Assembly: GCA_026770705.1 (NCBI GenBank)
Contig: JANJGN010000021.1
Location: forward strand, 98,084,001 to 98,148,000
Source of the DNA: Isurus oxyrinchus
Taxonomy: Eukaryota
Reading direction: 5' to 3'
DNA: 64,000 bases
The notes beneath the pieces are model-generated. The model made no database searches. It was not told the DNA's origin and was given only the letters and a program-made list of their open reading frames with translations. The position numbers and the translations under genes were made by a program. Positions within the stretch are counted from its first letter, which is position 1. The number at the start of each line of letters is the position of its first letter. Of this stretch, positions 25,020-37,419 are shown one piece after another.

Positions 25020-26180
25020 CATCATCAGGGTAGTGTCCTCGGCCTAACCATCTCAGCCGCTTCATCAATAACCATCCTCCATCATAACGTCAGAAGTGGG
25101 GATGTTCGCTGATGACTGCATAATGTTCAGCACGATTCGTGTCTCCTCAGGTACTGAAGGAATCCATGTACAAAATGCAGCAAGACGTCGACAATATCGA
25201 GGCTTGGGCTGACATGTGGCAAGTTACATTCCCGCCACACAAGTGCCAGGCAATGACTATCTCGAACAAGAGAGAGTTCAACCATCACTCCATGGCATTG
25301 CCACTGCTGAATCCCCCATTACCAACACGCTGGGCGTTACCATTGACCAGGAACTGAACTGGAATCGTCATGTAAATATTGTGCCTACAAGTGCAGATTA
25401 GAGACTGGGAATCGCGCGACGAGTAACTCAACTCCTGTATACCCAAAACTGTTTTAGCATCTATAATGCACAATCAGGAATCTAGGACAACGCAGCCTGT
25501 TTGATTGTCACCACATGCACAAACATTCATTCCCACCAACAAACAGAGTAGCAGCAGTACGTACCATCTACAAGATGGTCTGCAGGAATTCACCAAGACT
25601 TCTTGGGCAGGACTTTCCATATCCACGACCACTACCACCTAGAAGGACAAGGGCAGCAGAGAGATGGGGCCATCATTTATTACCCATCCCTACTTCGAGG
25701 GCATTTAACAGTCAACCACATTGCTGGTCTGGAGTCATGTTTAGGCCAGGCCAGATAAAGACAGCGTGTTTCCCTCCCTAAAGGGAATTTTTGATTCGGA
25801 TGAATGTTTATATCAATGGTTTCATGGTCATCGGTAGACTGTTATTCCCAAATTTGTATTGTATTCAAATGCAAACATCTGATCTGGCAGAGTTAGAACC
25901 CGGGGCCCCAGAACATTACCCTGGGTACCTGGATTACTAGTCCAGCGCTAATACCACTACCCTATCGCCTCCCCTTACATACCACCGTTCCTTCACTGTC
26001 GCTGGGCCAAAATCCTGGAACTCTCTCCCTAACAGCACAGAGGGTGTTCCTACACGGCGTGAACTGCAGCGGCTCAAGAAGGCGGCTGACCACCAAGTTC
26101 TCAAGGAAAACTAGGGATGAGCAATAAATGCTGGCCCAGCCTATGAAGCCCATATGCCGTGAATGAATTCTAAAAAAATG
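25020..26180 (+). mobile_element. HER1 LINE 3' portion interrupted by an antisense HE1 SINE
   Basis: QGSVLG, MFADDC and AWADMWQVTF.PHKCQ, plus the conserved 3' tail ...agggatgagcaataaatgctggcc...tgaatgaat. Confidence 0.85.
25668..25974 (-). mobile_element. HE1 SINE
   Basis: Minus strand has a tRNA-derived head (gtagtggtatt...ggactagtaatccag...ggttctaac), the body gactccagacc.gcaatgtggttgact and the HER1-shared tail agggatgggtaataaatg. Confidence 0.85.
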
Positions 26181-29100
26181 AAATTGCGGTAGCAGCCCAT
26201 GTCCGGCAGCCATACAACAGCTGTAATTCTTCTCAATTCAGGGCTGCACTGGGAGAAATAGATCCCGCTTTCCTCAGAGGTTGATCACAAACTATGATTC
26301 TGTGAATGTAACAGGCCGGTTGTTAAAGGGCCGGTCTGCAGGGCAGCTCTTCCAACGTGTCATGAGTTCACAAACGTTAATGGGTGCGACCTTGCAGGGC
26401 TAAATGAAGTTCGTATTCCAATGCCATGTACCCACTGTGCCTATTCGGCATTGTCTGTTCGTGCTTATTTGTTGTTATTGCAGTCTTTCGTGGTTTTTTT
26501 TACATGATAGGCCCAGGATAATCATGCGTTGAGATGGATTAAAATGTCTTCATCATTGACTGATATGGGGCACCTACCTTAATTTCAATCGTGGATGTAA
26601 ATATTGGGATCAAGTGCGCAGAACATATGAAAATGTAATGCAAATGGCATTAACGTAGTCAATCCACACCGTAGTTTTCGCGTAGAATTCTGGGACAACG
26701 CCACTATCTCAATGCCCAGGCGTCTCAATGCCATTGCAACTTACAGCTGAGCATCACAATTTTAAAAGAAATCGTAGAAAAAAACACGCCGTTGTGCAAA
26801 TGGTCAACGTAATGTAACAGACATTTAGCTGTAAAAAAAAAAATCCTTCACTCGCGGCTGCTACTCCTTTGACCCATTAGCGATGGGCGCCATTTCCGCC
26901 GAACAGACGGCATGAAATCTCCTTTACACGGCAACACTACCGATAATATATTCCTACAATAGATTTATCTAATTAAGTTAATTTATGTTCCCCAGCCGCC
27001 TCAGGCTGGGGCCTTATGTCGAGTCCCTCTCTCGGTGGTTCAGGCCTGTGTGCAAATAGTCCAACAGCGTAAACACTCTGCAACTTTAGCAGCTATGTGA
27101 ATAGTAAAGTAGCACACTTTTTGGATCCATTTCGAATCAAGTGGATACATTGAGTGTCTGCTTCCTCTCATTACCCCTTATGTTTCCCTTAGATACTCGT
27201 AGATCATGGTCTATATTAACACTGCTGTTCCAATAACTCCAGAAATTGTATTTTTGTCATGTGTAAGGGGAAGAAAAAAGGCGCAAAATGAGTGAATTTC
27301 ACCATTGCAATTATATTTCATAATGTATAAGTAAAGAGAGATAACGTGAAAAAATCAGAATAGGTTAATAAGAACAAGCAATGAGAATTGCTCTGCAAGG
27401 TCTGGAGAGCTGTTCGCATTGGTCGGGTGAAAGTGGTCGAAATGAACGCTAGGTTAAGAGAGTGCTATTCCATCCTTACTCCCGGGTTCCAAAGTCCACA
27501 CCATCATTTTCAACATGGAAACTTGTCAATGAGTAATAAAGTGTCAGTCAAAGCAAGATTGCGAGAGACTCCTCATGTCCTCCGCCTCTTTGGTTAATGT
27601 GAAGGCCTCTTAGGAACCCTAGAAATACTCAGGAGATGGGCCTCTGGCAAACAAGCTCTCAAAGGCAGAAGAGGCGGTGGAAGATGTGCCATCTGGAATA
27701 TATAAGCGGATCATCTGGCAGACGAAGGCTGCAACAGAACAAACTGTCCAGTAGTCTTGGTTTCCTTGCCAGTGGATCAAGGTTTCGTTCCCCCAAGACA
27801 TGCGTTGTTTTCCAACGGTTTCTCCATTCCTAGAAATGTCACGAGCAGGTGTCTTTCTTTCCGAGCACATCACCCAAGCCCGTCAATGATGATGACAGGA
27901 ACAGGAGTGTGTTGTCCAAAAGCTTGTAGTCATGACCTGGCAATGGAGGTGGCCATCTATGGCCAGTACGGGCAGCTAGCACTTTGATGAGGCAGGGTTG
28001 CCTTCCGGTAGCTGTAACTGCAAGCGAGCAGGCTTCTTTAGGAATCTCTCTGCTCACCCCTTACCTGTCTTGGAAGAAATGACCTAAACATAGAGTGCAT
28101 CACAACTCCCAACTAGATAGCGTATTCCAGCGGGCTCAGTTTCTGCCGTAGAAACACAGAAAATACACAAATAGTAAAGTTCAGGAAGTGTTACATCAGG
28201 ATCCTTATGGACTTATGCGTGATTGAACACACAGGGTGTCATGTTGCTTTTGTGGTCCGAGAACTCAGATGATGTAACATTGACATCACTGCCCTTTGAT
28301 ACCGGGTGAGCTGGACAGCGGCAGCTGAAGGAACTCTGAGCCCCTTATCCATTCTCCTGAAAAGGGAAATCAAAATATGAACGCAGAGGTCAAGGAGTTG
28401 GATTTCTGAACAAGAATGAACTAGTGATACAGCTTCATGAGTTGTCTCTTTGAATAAATGAGCACCTTACCACTCTCTGTGAATTTGGCAAGGAGACCAT
28501 TTGCCACCGTGGTCAGTGTATATTACACCAATGCTAGGCGGCGGCAAAAAAAAAAACCAAGGGACATTGAAACCAACTTGACCAACTTCTCCACGGAGTT
28601 CCGAAGGAGGACAGGGTTATCTTTCTCGGAAGCTTCAATACAAGAGTTGGAAGAGATTTTGATCACTGGACAGAAACAATTGGCATTGAAGAAATTGGAA
28701 ATATCAACCGCAACAGGATTCTCCTTACGAAAGGCGTGGAACATGGGCTTATCATCACCAATACTCTGTTCCACCAGAAGAACAAATATAAATGTCATGG
28801 CAAGCAACATTCACGCTCCAAGCAATGATACGTAACCGATTGCATCATCACCCGTGCCGGGAATCTCAAAGATGTTCACACCACTAGAGCAATGACAGGG
28901 GCTGCTGATGCTGCACCGATTACAGACTTATTCATTCAATTATATCCGTATAATATCATCCCAAATGATTGGTGCAACAGGAGAAATCTCCATAAAATAT
29001 CCATTTAGACGCTCTGAAGCATCCAATCAAGAGACAGAGTGGAACAATGCCTTAGAGAATAACTTTTAAACTTCACACAATAATAAAAGAAGAGGCTCTG

Positions 29101-29921
29101 TCGTGCTGGGATGTCTTTAATTCCAATACCATCAATGACTGCAGAGAGACACGTGTTTTTTTTTTGGTCAGGAAGCAGCAGGATTGCTTTGATACAAAGG
29201 ATTAAGTGATCAACGAACGGATTAATCACAAATGCAAGACTTTCTGCATTGGCAGAAATAATCTTCTGCTGCCTGAGTAGCAAAGTGATCATGGAAATGA
29301 AAGCTGCCAAGGCTTGCTAGAGGAAAGTGCTCAAGGTCTTTCCAAACAAAAAAAAATGTTCATGAGAATCATTTCATCTTCATCCAGGCACCTGGGGAGT
29401 TAGGCCGAACTCGGAGCTGCCAAAGACAATGGAGTTGATAAAAGCCATCATATGAATTAAAAATGACAAAGTAGCAGGAGGTGATAGAATATCCACTGAA
29501 ACATTTAAGCACGGAGCACAGGAACTGTTATGGGGAAGAAAGTGCGTAAGAAGTTATGGTAAGGGAAAATTTATTGAAAAGGGAAGAATTACTTAAAATC
29601 TCGAAGCAACCAGGCCTACCAAGCACATTAACAGTTAAAGGACACCAGGTGAACCTTGCACAGCGTTAATGCCTGTAAGCAACAAAAAGGCTTTGGGAAA
29701 GGTACTGGAGTCCGTGGATGGCAATAACATAGATTAAATGTGCTCTTCAACAGGTAGGAGAAGGATGATGGTCCTAGCTTAGATAGGAGGGAATGTCTCT
29801 GCCTGGGTGAAAATAGGGACATATGATGCATGTTACCAGAGATGTCTGTTTAATGTAAACCTATATGCTGACGAGGTCGCAATCTGGAAACTGTTCTTCT
29901 ACATGACCAATAATTTAGCAG

Positions 29922-30167
29922 ATAAAAACAAAGAAAACTGCGGATGCTGGAAATCCAAAACAAAAACAGAATTACCTGGAAAAACTCAGCAGGTCTGGCA
30001 GCATCGGCGGAGAAGAAAAGAGTTGACGTTTCGAGTCTTCATGACCCTTCGACAGAACTTGACAAGTTCTGTCGAAGGGTCATGAAGACTCGAAACGTCA
30101 ACTCTTTTCTTCTCCGCCGATGCTGCCAGACCTGCTGAGTTTTTCCAGGTAATTCTGTTTTTGTTTT
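29922..30167. mobile_element. Penelope pseudo-LTR fold-back insertion (perfect 105-bp inverted repeat plus 35-nt tail) with a 14-bp target-site duplication
   Basis: Arms 29957-30061 and 30063-30167 are exact reverse complements around a single A at 30062. caataatttagcag occurs at 29908-29921 and 30168-30181. Confidence 0.95.
30065..30103 (+). ncRNA. Minimal type I hammerhead ribozyme-like motif (mirror copy on the minus strand at 30021-30059)
   Basis: AGUU-CUGUCGAA-GGGUC-AUGAA-GACUC-GAAA-C-GUC-AACU. Stem I AGUU/AACU, stem II GGGUC/GACUC, palindromic ACGU stem III, GUC cleavage triplet. The core has U where the canonical CUGA has A. Confidence 0.65.
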
Positions 30168-31009
30168 CAATAATTTAGCAGGTTGCTATCACAAGCTGCA
30201 TTGAGATGGTTCTCCCCTTGCAACTGCTCGAATAAACGATAGTGACCAGTAACTGAGATCCGTTTTTCAAAGTGGCCACAACCGTTTGCCCGCAACCTTG
30301 GTGTTAACATTCGAGCCCAATTGATTGGTGTTGCAGATCTGTAATGAAGAGGATCTGAATGCTCTCAAAAGCACCATGATCGTGGGAATCTTCAAGAGAG
30401 TGGAGAAATCTTATGCTCCGATTTACAAAGGCATCTCCCTGTTGTATTGATTGTAAGATAATAGCAAGACCCCTTTTGAAACGACTTATTAGGTTTGCTG
30501 CTCCAGTCACTTCCTCAATATTAATGTAGGATTTGGCAAGCAACAGCAAGGTCAACATAATTGTTACAGCTCGCCTAATATAAGAAAAATGCTATGAACA
30601 AGATCAATCATTCTACACAATGTTTTTTGACATGGAAAACGGACCTCAACGTTGTAAATTATGAGGCACTCTGAAAGAAAGTGCTGAAATATGGATGTCC
30701 TTCAAAATTCGTCATCACCTTTTGCCTGCATCATGATGACATGCCAGCAGTCATACTTAACAGCTGATCCATTGCAGCCCGTTTTAGATTAATATCGGTA
30801 TGAAACATAGTTAGTGCCCTCCACCATCAACAACCGGAAACTAAAAGAAATTGTTTTTGCAATCTTTCTTGCTGCCATCACCGTCTGACAAGAGACAATC
30901 TCCCTGCTGGAGTCGAGCATATTTATTGAATGCACGGTAAACGATTTCATCTCACATCACTCCAGTCAACAACTAAGAGCACCCCGATATCAGCCATTGA
31001 GCTCCAAGG

Positions 31010-31745
31010 TGCTAATTACACTGGACTACGAGAGAGACTCCAACCATCTCCCCTTGATGATCAATGGAATTACCACCAATGAGTCCCCCAGTGTCAACAT
31101 CCTCGCGGTTACCATTGACCAGAAACTGAACTGGACTAGCCATATAAACACAGTAGCTACAAGAGGAGGCCAATGGCTAGCAATCATGCCAGGAGTAACT
31201 CACCTCCTAACTTCTGAAAGCCTGTCTGCCATCTAAAAGACATAAGTCAGGAGGTTGATGGAATTCCCTACATTTGCCTGAATGAATGCAGCTCCCATAG
31301 CGCTCAAGAAGTTTGACACCATGCAGGTCAAAGCATCCCACTTGATTGGCACTACATCCACAAACATTCAGCCCTATACCACCAACGCACAGTAGCAACA
31401 GTGTGTACCATCTACTAGGTGCACTGCAGGAGTTCACCAACAATCCTTTGACAGCACCTACTAAACCACGACCACCACTGTCTAGAAGGACATGGGCGGC
31501 AGGTCGATGTGAACACTGCCACCACCTCCAAGTCACTTACCATTCTGGCTTGGAACTATATCACCATTCCTTCACTGTTGCCGGGTCAAAATCCATTCAT
31601 AACAGCACTATGTGTGTACCTACCCCACGTGGACTGCTGCAGTTCAAGAAGACAGCTCACTACAACCTTTTCAAGACCAACTAGGGATGGACAATAAAGG
31701 CTGGCCTAGGTAGCAAAGCCCACATCCCATAAATGAATTTTACAA
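31010..31745 (+). mobile_element. HER1 LINE 3' fragment nested in the RTE element
   Basis: NILAVTIDQKLNWTSHINTVA and the HER1 tail ending cccacatcccataaatgaat. Confidence 0.85.
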
Positions 31746-32999
31746 AACTAAGTGGTGTGTTGGAAACGGACTTCCAGGGCGTTGTCGAGTTATTTAATGA
31801 GGCCTTCGAGAATATGGGGCTTACAGGCCACATTCAGAAGACCAAAGTCCTCCATCAACAACCTTCAAATGCACACGACCCAGGCCGCGTTGATTAATGA
31901 AGTGTGCCTGGAAATGTGGACCCCTTACAATTGGAAGTTATATTTCACAGAATGCTAACATACACGAAGAAATCCAGCATCACTTTAAATCTTCTGATAC
32001 AGCCTTTAGGCTGTTGACTTTTCGAAGGTCAAAACATCAAAATGCAAACCAAGCTAATGGACTATCATGCGGTCGTTTTCCCTAACTTACTTTACGGGGT
32101 TCAATTATGGACAACGTGCAGCACACAACTCAAGGCACCGGAGCCCTATCAAAAATTCTGCCAGCGGAAGTTAGTGCATACTAAGTGGGATTGCAGATGC
32201 ACCAACATCCCCGTCCCCACACAAGCAGGCACCACACGCATTGATGCTTTGACCACCCACGATGAGCTTCATTGCGTTCGTCACATAGTTCAGTTGTCAG
32301 ATAGGAGGTTCAAAGGTGGGTCTTCCACTTCAGGTCAGTAAGGGCAGATACTCCAGAGGAAGATAGAAGATGCACGTCAAGGATGTGCTGAAAACCAACA
32401 TGAAGAAAGGCGACATTAACATCAACTCCTGGGAGAACATCGCCCTGGAGTGAACCAGATGGCAGCGGAGCCTATGGAATGGATCCTAACACTTTGAGGC
32501 CTATGGACGACAAAGTGAAGAGGAGACATGACGGCGGCTAAAAGAACACATCATGATCCGAATTAATAATGCAAGACAACCAGTGTCCTAAGTGCCATAA
32601 AGTCTGCAAATCACATGACGTCCCAATTAGTCATCTTCAGACTCATGGAAGACAACCATCCTCTCTTGCAAGGAATAGACAATAAAATTCTTATTTGCAC
32701 ACGGAATCATTGGGCTTAATTACGGTTTCAATGGAAGATAGATGGAAGGAGAAGTTGTATCAGTAGTAATGGGAAGGAAGGAAATGCAACAGGTCACGTG
32801 AAGTAAAAGCGTAGATGGTGAGTGTGAAGGGTGTAGCAAATCCTGAGTTAAAGGATCTCGTGAAAATGCTAAATACGGAGCTGGCAAATGCTTTTAAGCA
32901 GCACGTGATGGGTGTAATTTACAAGAAACATCCCAAAAGTGAAACAAGCTGAGCAGGGAAGCATGGGTGTGAGACGACACTGATGGTAAGCGAATACAT

Positions 33000-33960
33000 G
33001 AAGTCATACAACGGGAGGTTATAAAGATGCCAAACCAATGTTTAACGGATATAGGCAAGGCGGAGTAGATGCGTTATCTGCCACATTTCATAGGTCGTGG
33101 GAAAAAAATATTTCAGCTGGGGACTAGCAAATGGCTCCTGCAATGCCTGCACTTAAGAAGTGTTCAGAACATATCCATAGACCATATATAACAGACCAGT
33201 ACGGTTAATATCAGTGGTACAAAAATAATGGAATCCATGGCAAAGGGGAGAAAAGAAGAGCAAGTAGAAGCGAGGAACAAAATTATGAATAGTCACCATG
33301 AATTTCAAGAGATCAATCTTGCTCGGCAAATTTTAGTGACTTTTTTGTGGAGGTAGGCAATGAGAACATAGGAGATGTAACTTATCTGGATTTTCAAAAA
33401 TACCTTAAATAAGTTGTCCCATAATAGGCCAATGAATAATTTCAGAGAATGTGGATCCATGTGGATTATTAAATTGTTTCAAGACAGAGGGCAGCGGGTG
33501 GGGGTAAACAGTACTTATTTACAATGCCAAATAGAGGGAAACGGTGCTTCACAAGGATCAATACTAGGAGCACTGCTATACACAATTTATCTTCAACATT
33601 TGGACTTTGGAATCAAAAACACGATTTCTAAATTAGTCCATAGCACCAAATTGCAGCGGATAATCAATAATGAGGAGAAATACAAAACTTTTAGACATTA
33701 ATAAGTTTGCCGAATGAGCAAAATGTTCGCAATGAATTGCAACACAAAAAAATTGCGAGGTAGAACATTTTGCTAGGAAGAATAGGGAAGCCATTATCAA
33801 CTTGGAAGCGAATAATATAGATGTAAAGGGAAAATAGACAAGCTGAGTGACAATGGAATAAGTGGTTAAGGTGGCAGAAACAAGATTGCGGGGAGAATGC
33901 AGCATGAACAACAGCATGGAGTAATGAGGCCGAATGGCCCTTTTCGCCGTTCATCCTTTG
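33000..33960 (+). mobile_element. Degenerate CR1 RT fragment
   Basis: YNRPVRLISVV, YLDFQKYLK*VVP and QGSILGALLYTIY. Confidence 0.75.
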
Positions 33961-35849
33961 TGACTTTCCAGCTGTACGACGTTCGCACTCGGAGACAGTA
34001 TAAGGTCTCTCAAAGCTTTGCATGTAACAGTGTAGGTACCCTAGCGGTAAGAAAAGGAATAACTGATGGCAAATAACAGATTATTAAAAGCACACATAGT
34101 TTACGGTTGATAGCGCCAAGTCCTTTTTTTAAAGCGCTTAAGGCAGAAAACTTTTAGCGACGGACACGAGTTAATATTCTTTTCAAACGACTTTGATAAC
34201 CAAATATACATTTAAGCGCTGTTGGCATGAATTAAGTTTTTTTACGAAGTAAACTTTTAGACATAAAATTAATAATAAGTTAACTGACGACATGGCAACT
34301 GTTGGCCCACAGCGTTTCGTCAGCATTCCACTAAAATTTGGAATCTCATGTCGCGGCATATCCCTCAATTATTCATCACTATCAAGCCAGAAAACTCTCC
34401 CTCATTCAATGAAGAATGCAATAGCTTTCTCCAGCAGCTGCAGCAAACGCACCTGCCGAGTTGAGAAGAAGGACAATCCAAATGTCGTAGAATATGCTTC
34501 AGCAGACTGAGAGAGGTCAGGACGGGTTTTATATTTATGCCGGTAATTGCTTGGAGCGTGGCGAAAAAAAAATTGTTTAGCTCTAGGGAAAAGAAAACAC
34601 ATATTTAATAATGATGCTTTAGTAATAACAGAAAGCAGGACAAATTAAAATAACATTGGAAGCAGAGCATTCCTGGCTGCAATGCGTTCGGGGAAAATAG
34701 GCAAATGCATAAGGGTGCGGTTGGTAGCAATGATCAAACGTTGAAAACTAAAAAAGAGATTAGGCAATTAAGGGTTCAAAAGCATCATATATTTGATCTA
34801 ATCAAGAATATTACCACAGCGACGCTACTGTGTTTACACATTAAGCACCAAATAACGAGAATGAGATAGAGGAGAAACTTTGAAGGTGGATTTGAGAACG
34901 ACGCAATACTAGAAAGTAGCGACTCTGGGGGACTTCAACTATCCCAATATAAATTGGAAAAACATCAAATCCAGGGGCAACATTTGGGGAAAATTCCTGA
35001 AACGTGTAAATATAATCTTCTGGAAAAGTATGTCCCCAGAACAATAGACACGAACTAGCGCTGAATCGGGTAATCAGGATTGAAGTGCAGTAGCTGGAGA
35101 TGATTCCAGGTCCAGTGATGCTGGCAATTCAGATGTTCACGTATCAAGTTCCAATGACATAATTGCGGACTTTACTGGTTTTGATATATAATCTTACCGC
35201 AAAAGCGATCCTTTAGCGTATCATTTATTTTCCCGCTTCTGAATGAACTAACCAATTCGTCTAACCCAGTGCTTTCTTTTCTTTTGTAGCCCTTTAATGT
35301 TCTCACCTACAGATATTGATCTAGTTCATTTTGGCAATTACCATTAAACATGCCTCCACCACCCTGTTATTCTGTGCATTTCACATCGCAACGACACGTT
35401 TCCTTAAACAAAAAATCTCACTTCCATCTTGAAACGTTGCCAATTACGATAAATCAGGACAATTTAGAACCTTTAAGCTGAAACAACTACTCCTTATTTA
35501 TTAACTGCGAACGCTTTATGATATTAATGTCGGCATTCATTACCCATGCTACGTTATTAAATATCCATAGTCAGGATAATCCCTTTAATAATTTCTGCTG
35601 TTGGCCTTATCTCTCAGGGAGCATCATAGAGACCATAGCAGTGGCAACCTTAAGCTTGTGAATGAAGCCCCAATTATCAATGAAATTCTAAATTGATTAA
35701 TTAAGGATATAACTCAACAATTAGCTTTGACAGATTTGACACAACTACTTGCTGGGTCACCAACATAAACAAAAAACAGACTGTCTATTTGCTCCCACCC
35801 GCTTCACACGGCCGCACGAATTCAAAATCTACCGCTTTCCAAAGCAGCG

Positions 35850-36700
35850 AACACCAATTGGTCAGATGACAGGAAATAAGCATATAAAAGTTTGTAAATG
35901 CGTAGATCTGCGCATTTACTCAGATTATAGAAAACATGTTTCGAGCACTTATTTCCTGGGTGGCCATTATGAGAAGTAGTCAAAAATATCGCAGTGAATG
36001 GACCTTCTGGAAAAGACAGATCAAACTAACATCCTTCTCACAGACCATGAACCGACCTGCGTTGCTGACGTTTGGGAGCCGCTGCTGTCTTTCTGCAATT
36101 GGTGCCTTCAGTCAGAGATTGATACTCAACGTTAAACAACTCGTCAAACACATCGACAGGTTGTAGGTTTTCAGCCTCAAAGGTGTCCCTCTTCGAACTC
36201 AAATGTTCCCAACTCCGCTTTGGCCAAGAATAGAACACTTGAATACGTTACAACGTAAGTCCGGACAGCAAATTGAAAACCGACTAGAATTGTCAAGCAT
36301 GGTGAACTAAGTGAATAACATCTTTAGTTATCATTACGCTAGTTTGAATTGAGGTAGATATTTAACGGTGTAGATTGATTGATGTAAAGGTATGTATGAT
36401 TTGGGGACTCGGAAAATTGTTCTGCCGGGTTTCAGACTTGTTCTTTCGTTTTGATGTATTTAACCTGGAACATATTGCAACGCGATATGAAACAATGCTC
36501 TTTAAATAATTCTTGAAGTAAGCTCTAGAATGTTCCACAATTCGGTGAGAACATGAGCTGACACTGTATATCCGCCTTTGCCTCATAACCACGAATAATT
36601 TTGGTCTACAAAAAGCTATCAATGTCAGATTTAAAATTAAGAACTGATGCAACAACTGCCGTTGACAGAATCGATTTTGTAACTTCAAACACCGTTGCAA
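35850..36700 (-). mobile_element. Possible ancient hAT transposase C-terminal remnant
   Basis: LLIMATQEISARNMFS resembles the hAT dimerization motif. Weak. Confidence 0.25.
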
Positions 36701-36784
36701 GTAGAACTGATTACTACCTTCGTCCTGACACGTCGGCTTCTAAATGGAGGCTGTAAGACTTCCTCCGATATACATCAGCGGAAA

Positions 36785-36880
36785 TAGTTCAATAATAATA
36801 ATTATTAGTATTGTTTGTATTACTACTATTATTATCGTTCTTATTATCATTTTATTAATATTATTATTATTATTGTTGTT
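36785..36880. repeat. (ATT)n microsatellite
   Basis: Imperfect att/aat triplet run next to the 3' end of a minus-strand HER1. Confidence 0.85.
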
Positions 36881-36884
36881 TCTT

Positions 36885-37410
36885 TCACGAGGTGTGCGCC
36901 ACAAACTATGTCAGAATTTTTTGCCCGTCACTAATTTCCGTTAAGGAAGGCGGTGGAGAAACACACTTTTGACCCATTGCATTCCGCGTGGTGTTGTTGT
37001 GCCCACAGAGCTGTTAAGAAGGGAATTCCGGAATTTGGACCCAACAACAATGAAGATACAACGGTATACTTACAAGCCAGGTATGTGGCTTAGAGGGGAA
37101 CTTGCATGTGGGAGGCTTCCCATTCGCCTGCTGCACTTGTCCTTCTTGGTGGCAGCAGTTGCCGGTTCGGAAGGTGACATTGAAGAATCCGTCTTGCGTT
37201 GTTCCAGTGCACGTTGCATATAACACACAGACCGCTGCTACAGTGCATCGGTGTTGACAGAGTGAAAGTTCAAGGTAGTGGATGGAGTGCCCATGAGGAG
37301 AGTTGATTTGCCCCTGATGGTGTCGAGATTCTTGAGTACTGTTGAACTTGCACTGATCCAGGCAAGTGGAGAGTATTCCATCGCGCTTTTGGCTTGTGCT
37401 TTGTAGGATC
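36885..37410 (-). mobile_element. HER1 LINE 3' fragment
   Basis: Reverse complement of the HER1 tail and C-terminus (TCKFPSKP). Confidence 0.8.
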
Positions 37411-37419
37411 ACAGAGAGA

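Larger units (their letters stand above)
27600..32690 (+). mobile_element. Near full-length degenerate RTE-clade LINE with nested insertions
   Basis: APE motifs (RELR*CNIDITAL, ATVVSVY, ITNTLF, HSRSK, TDYRL), RT (KVAGGDRISTE, YKGISL) and a C-terminal C2H2-like end at ~32590-32645. Interrupted at ~29530-30340 and 31010-31745. Confidence 0.8.

Noticed and set aside
27060-27290. Candidate exon 1 for copy B (MDPKSVLLYYS or GVIGTA-like stretches)
   Set aside because: No convincing GT donor and no IENIYYP motif. The similarity is within chance.
36744-36944. Hydrophobic Ile/Leu ORF resembling a membrane peptide
   Set aside because: It is a translation of the (ATT)n microsatellite.
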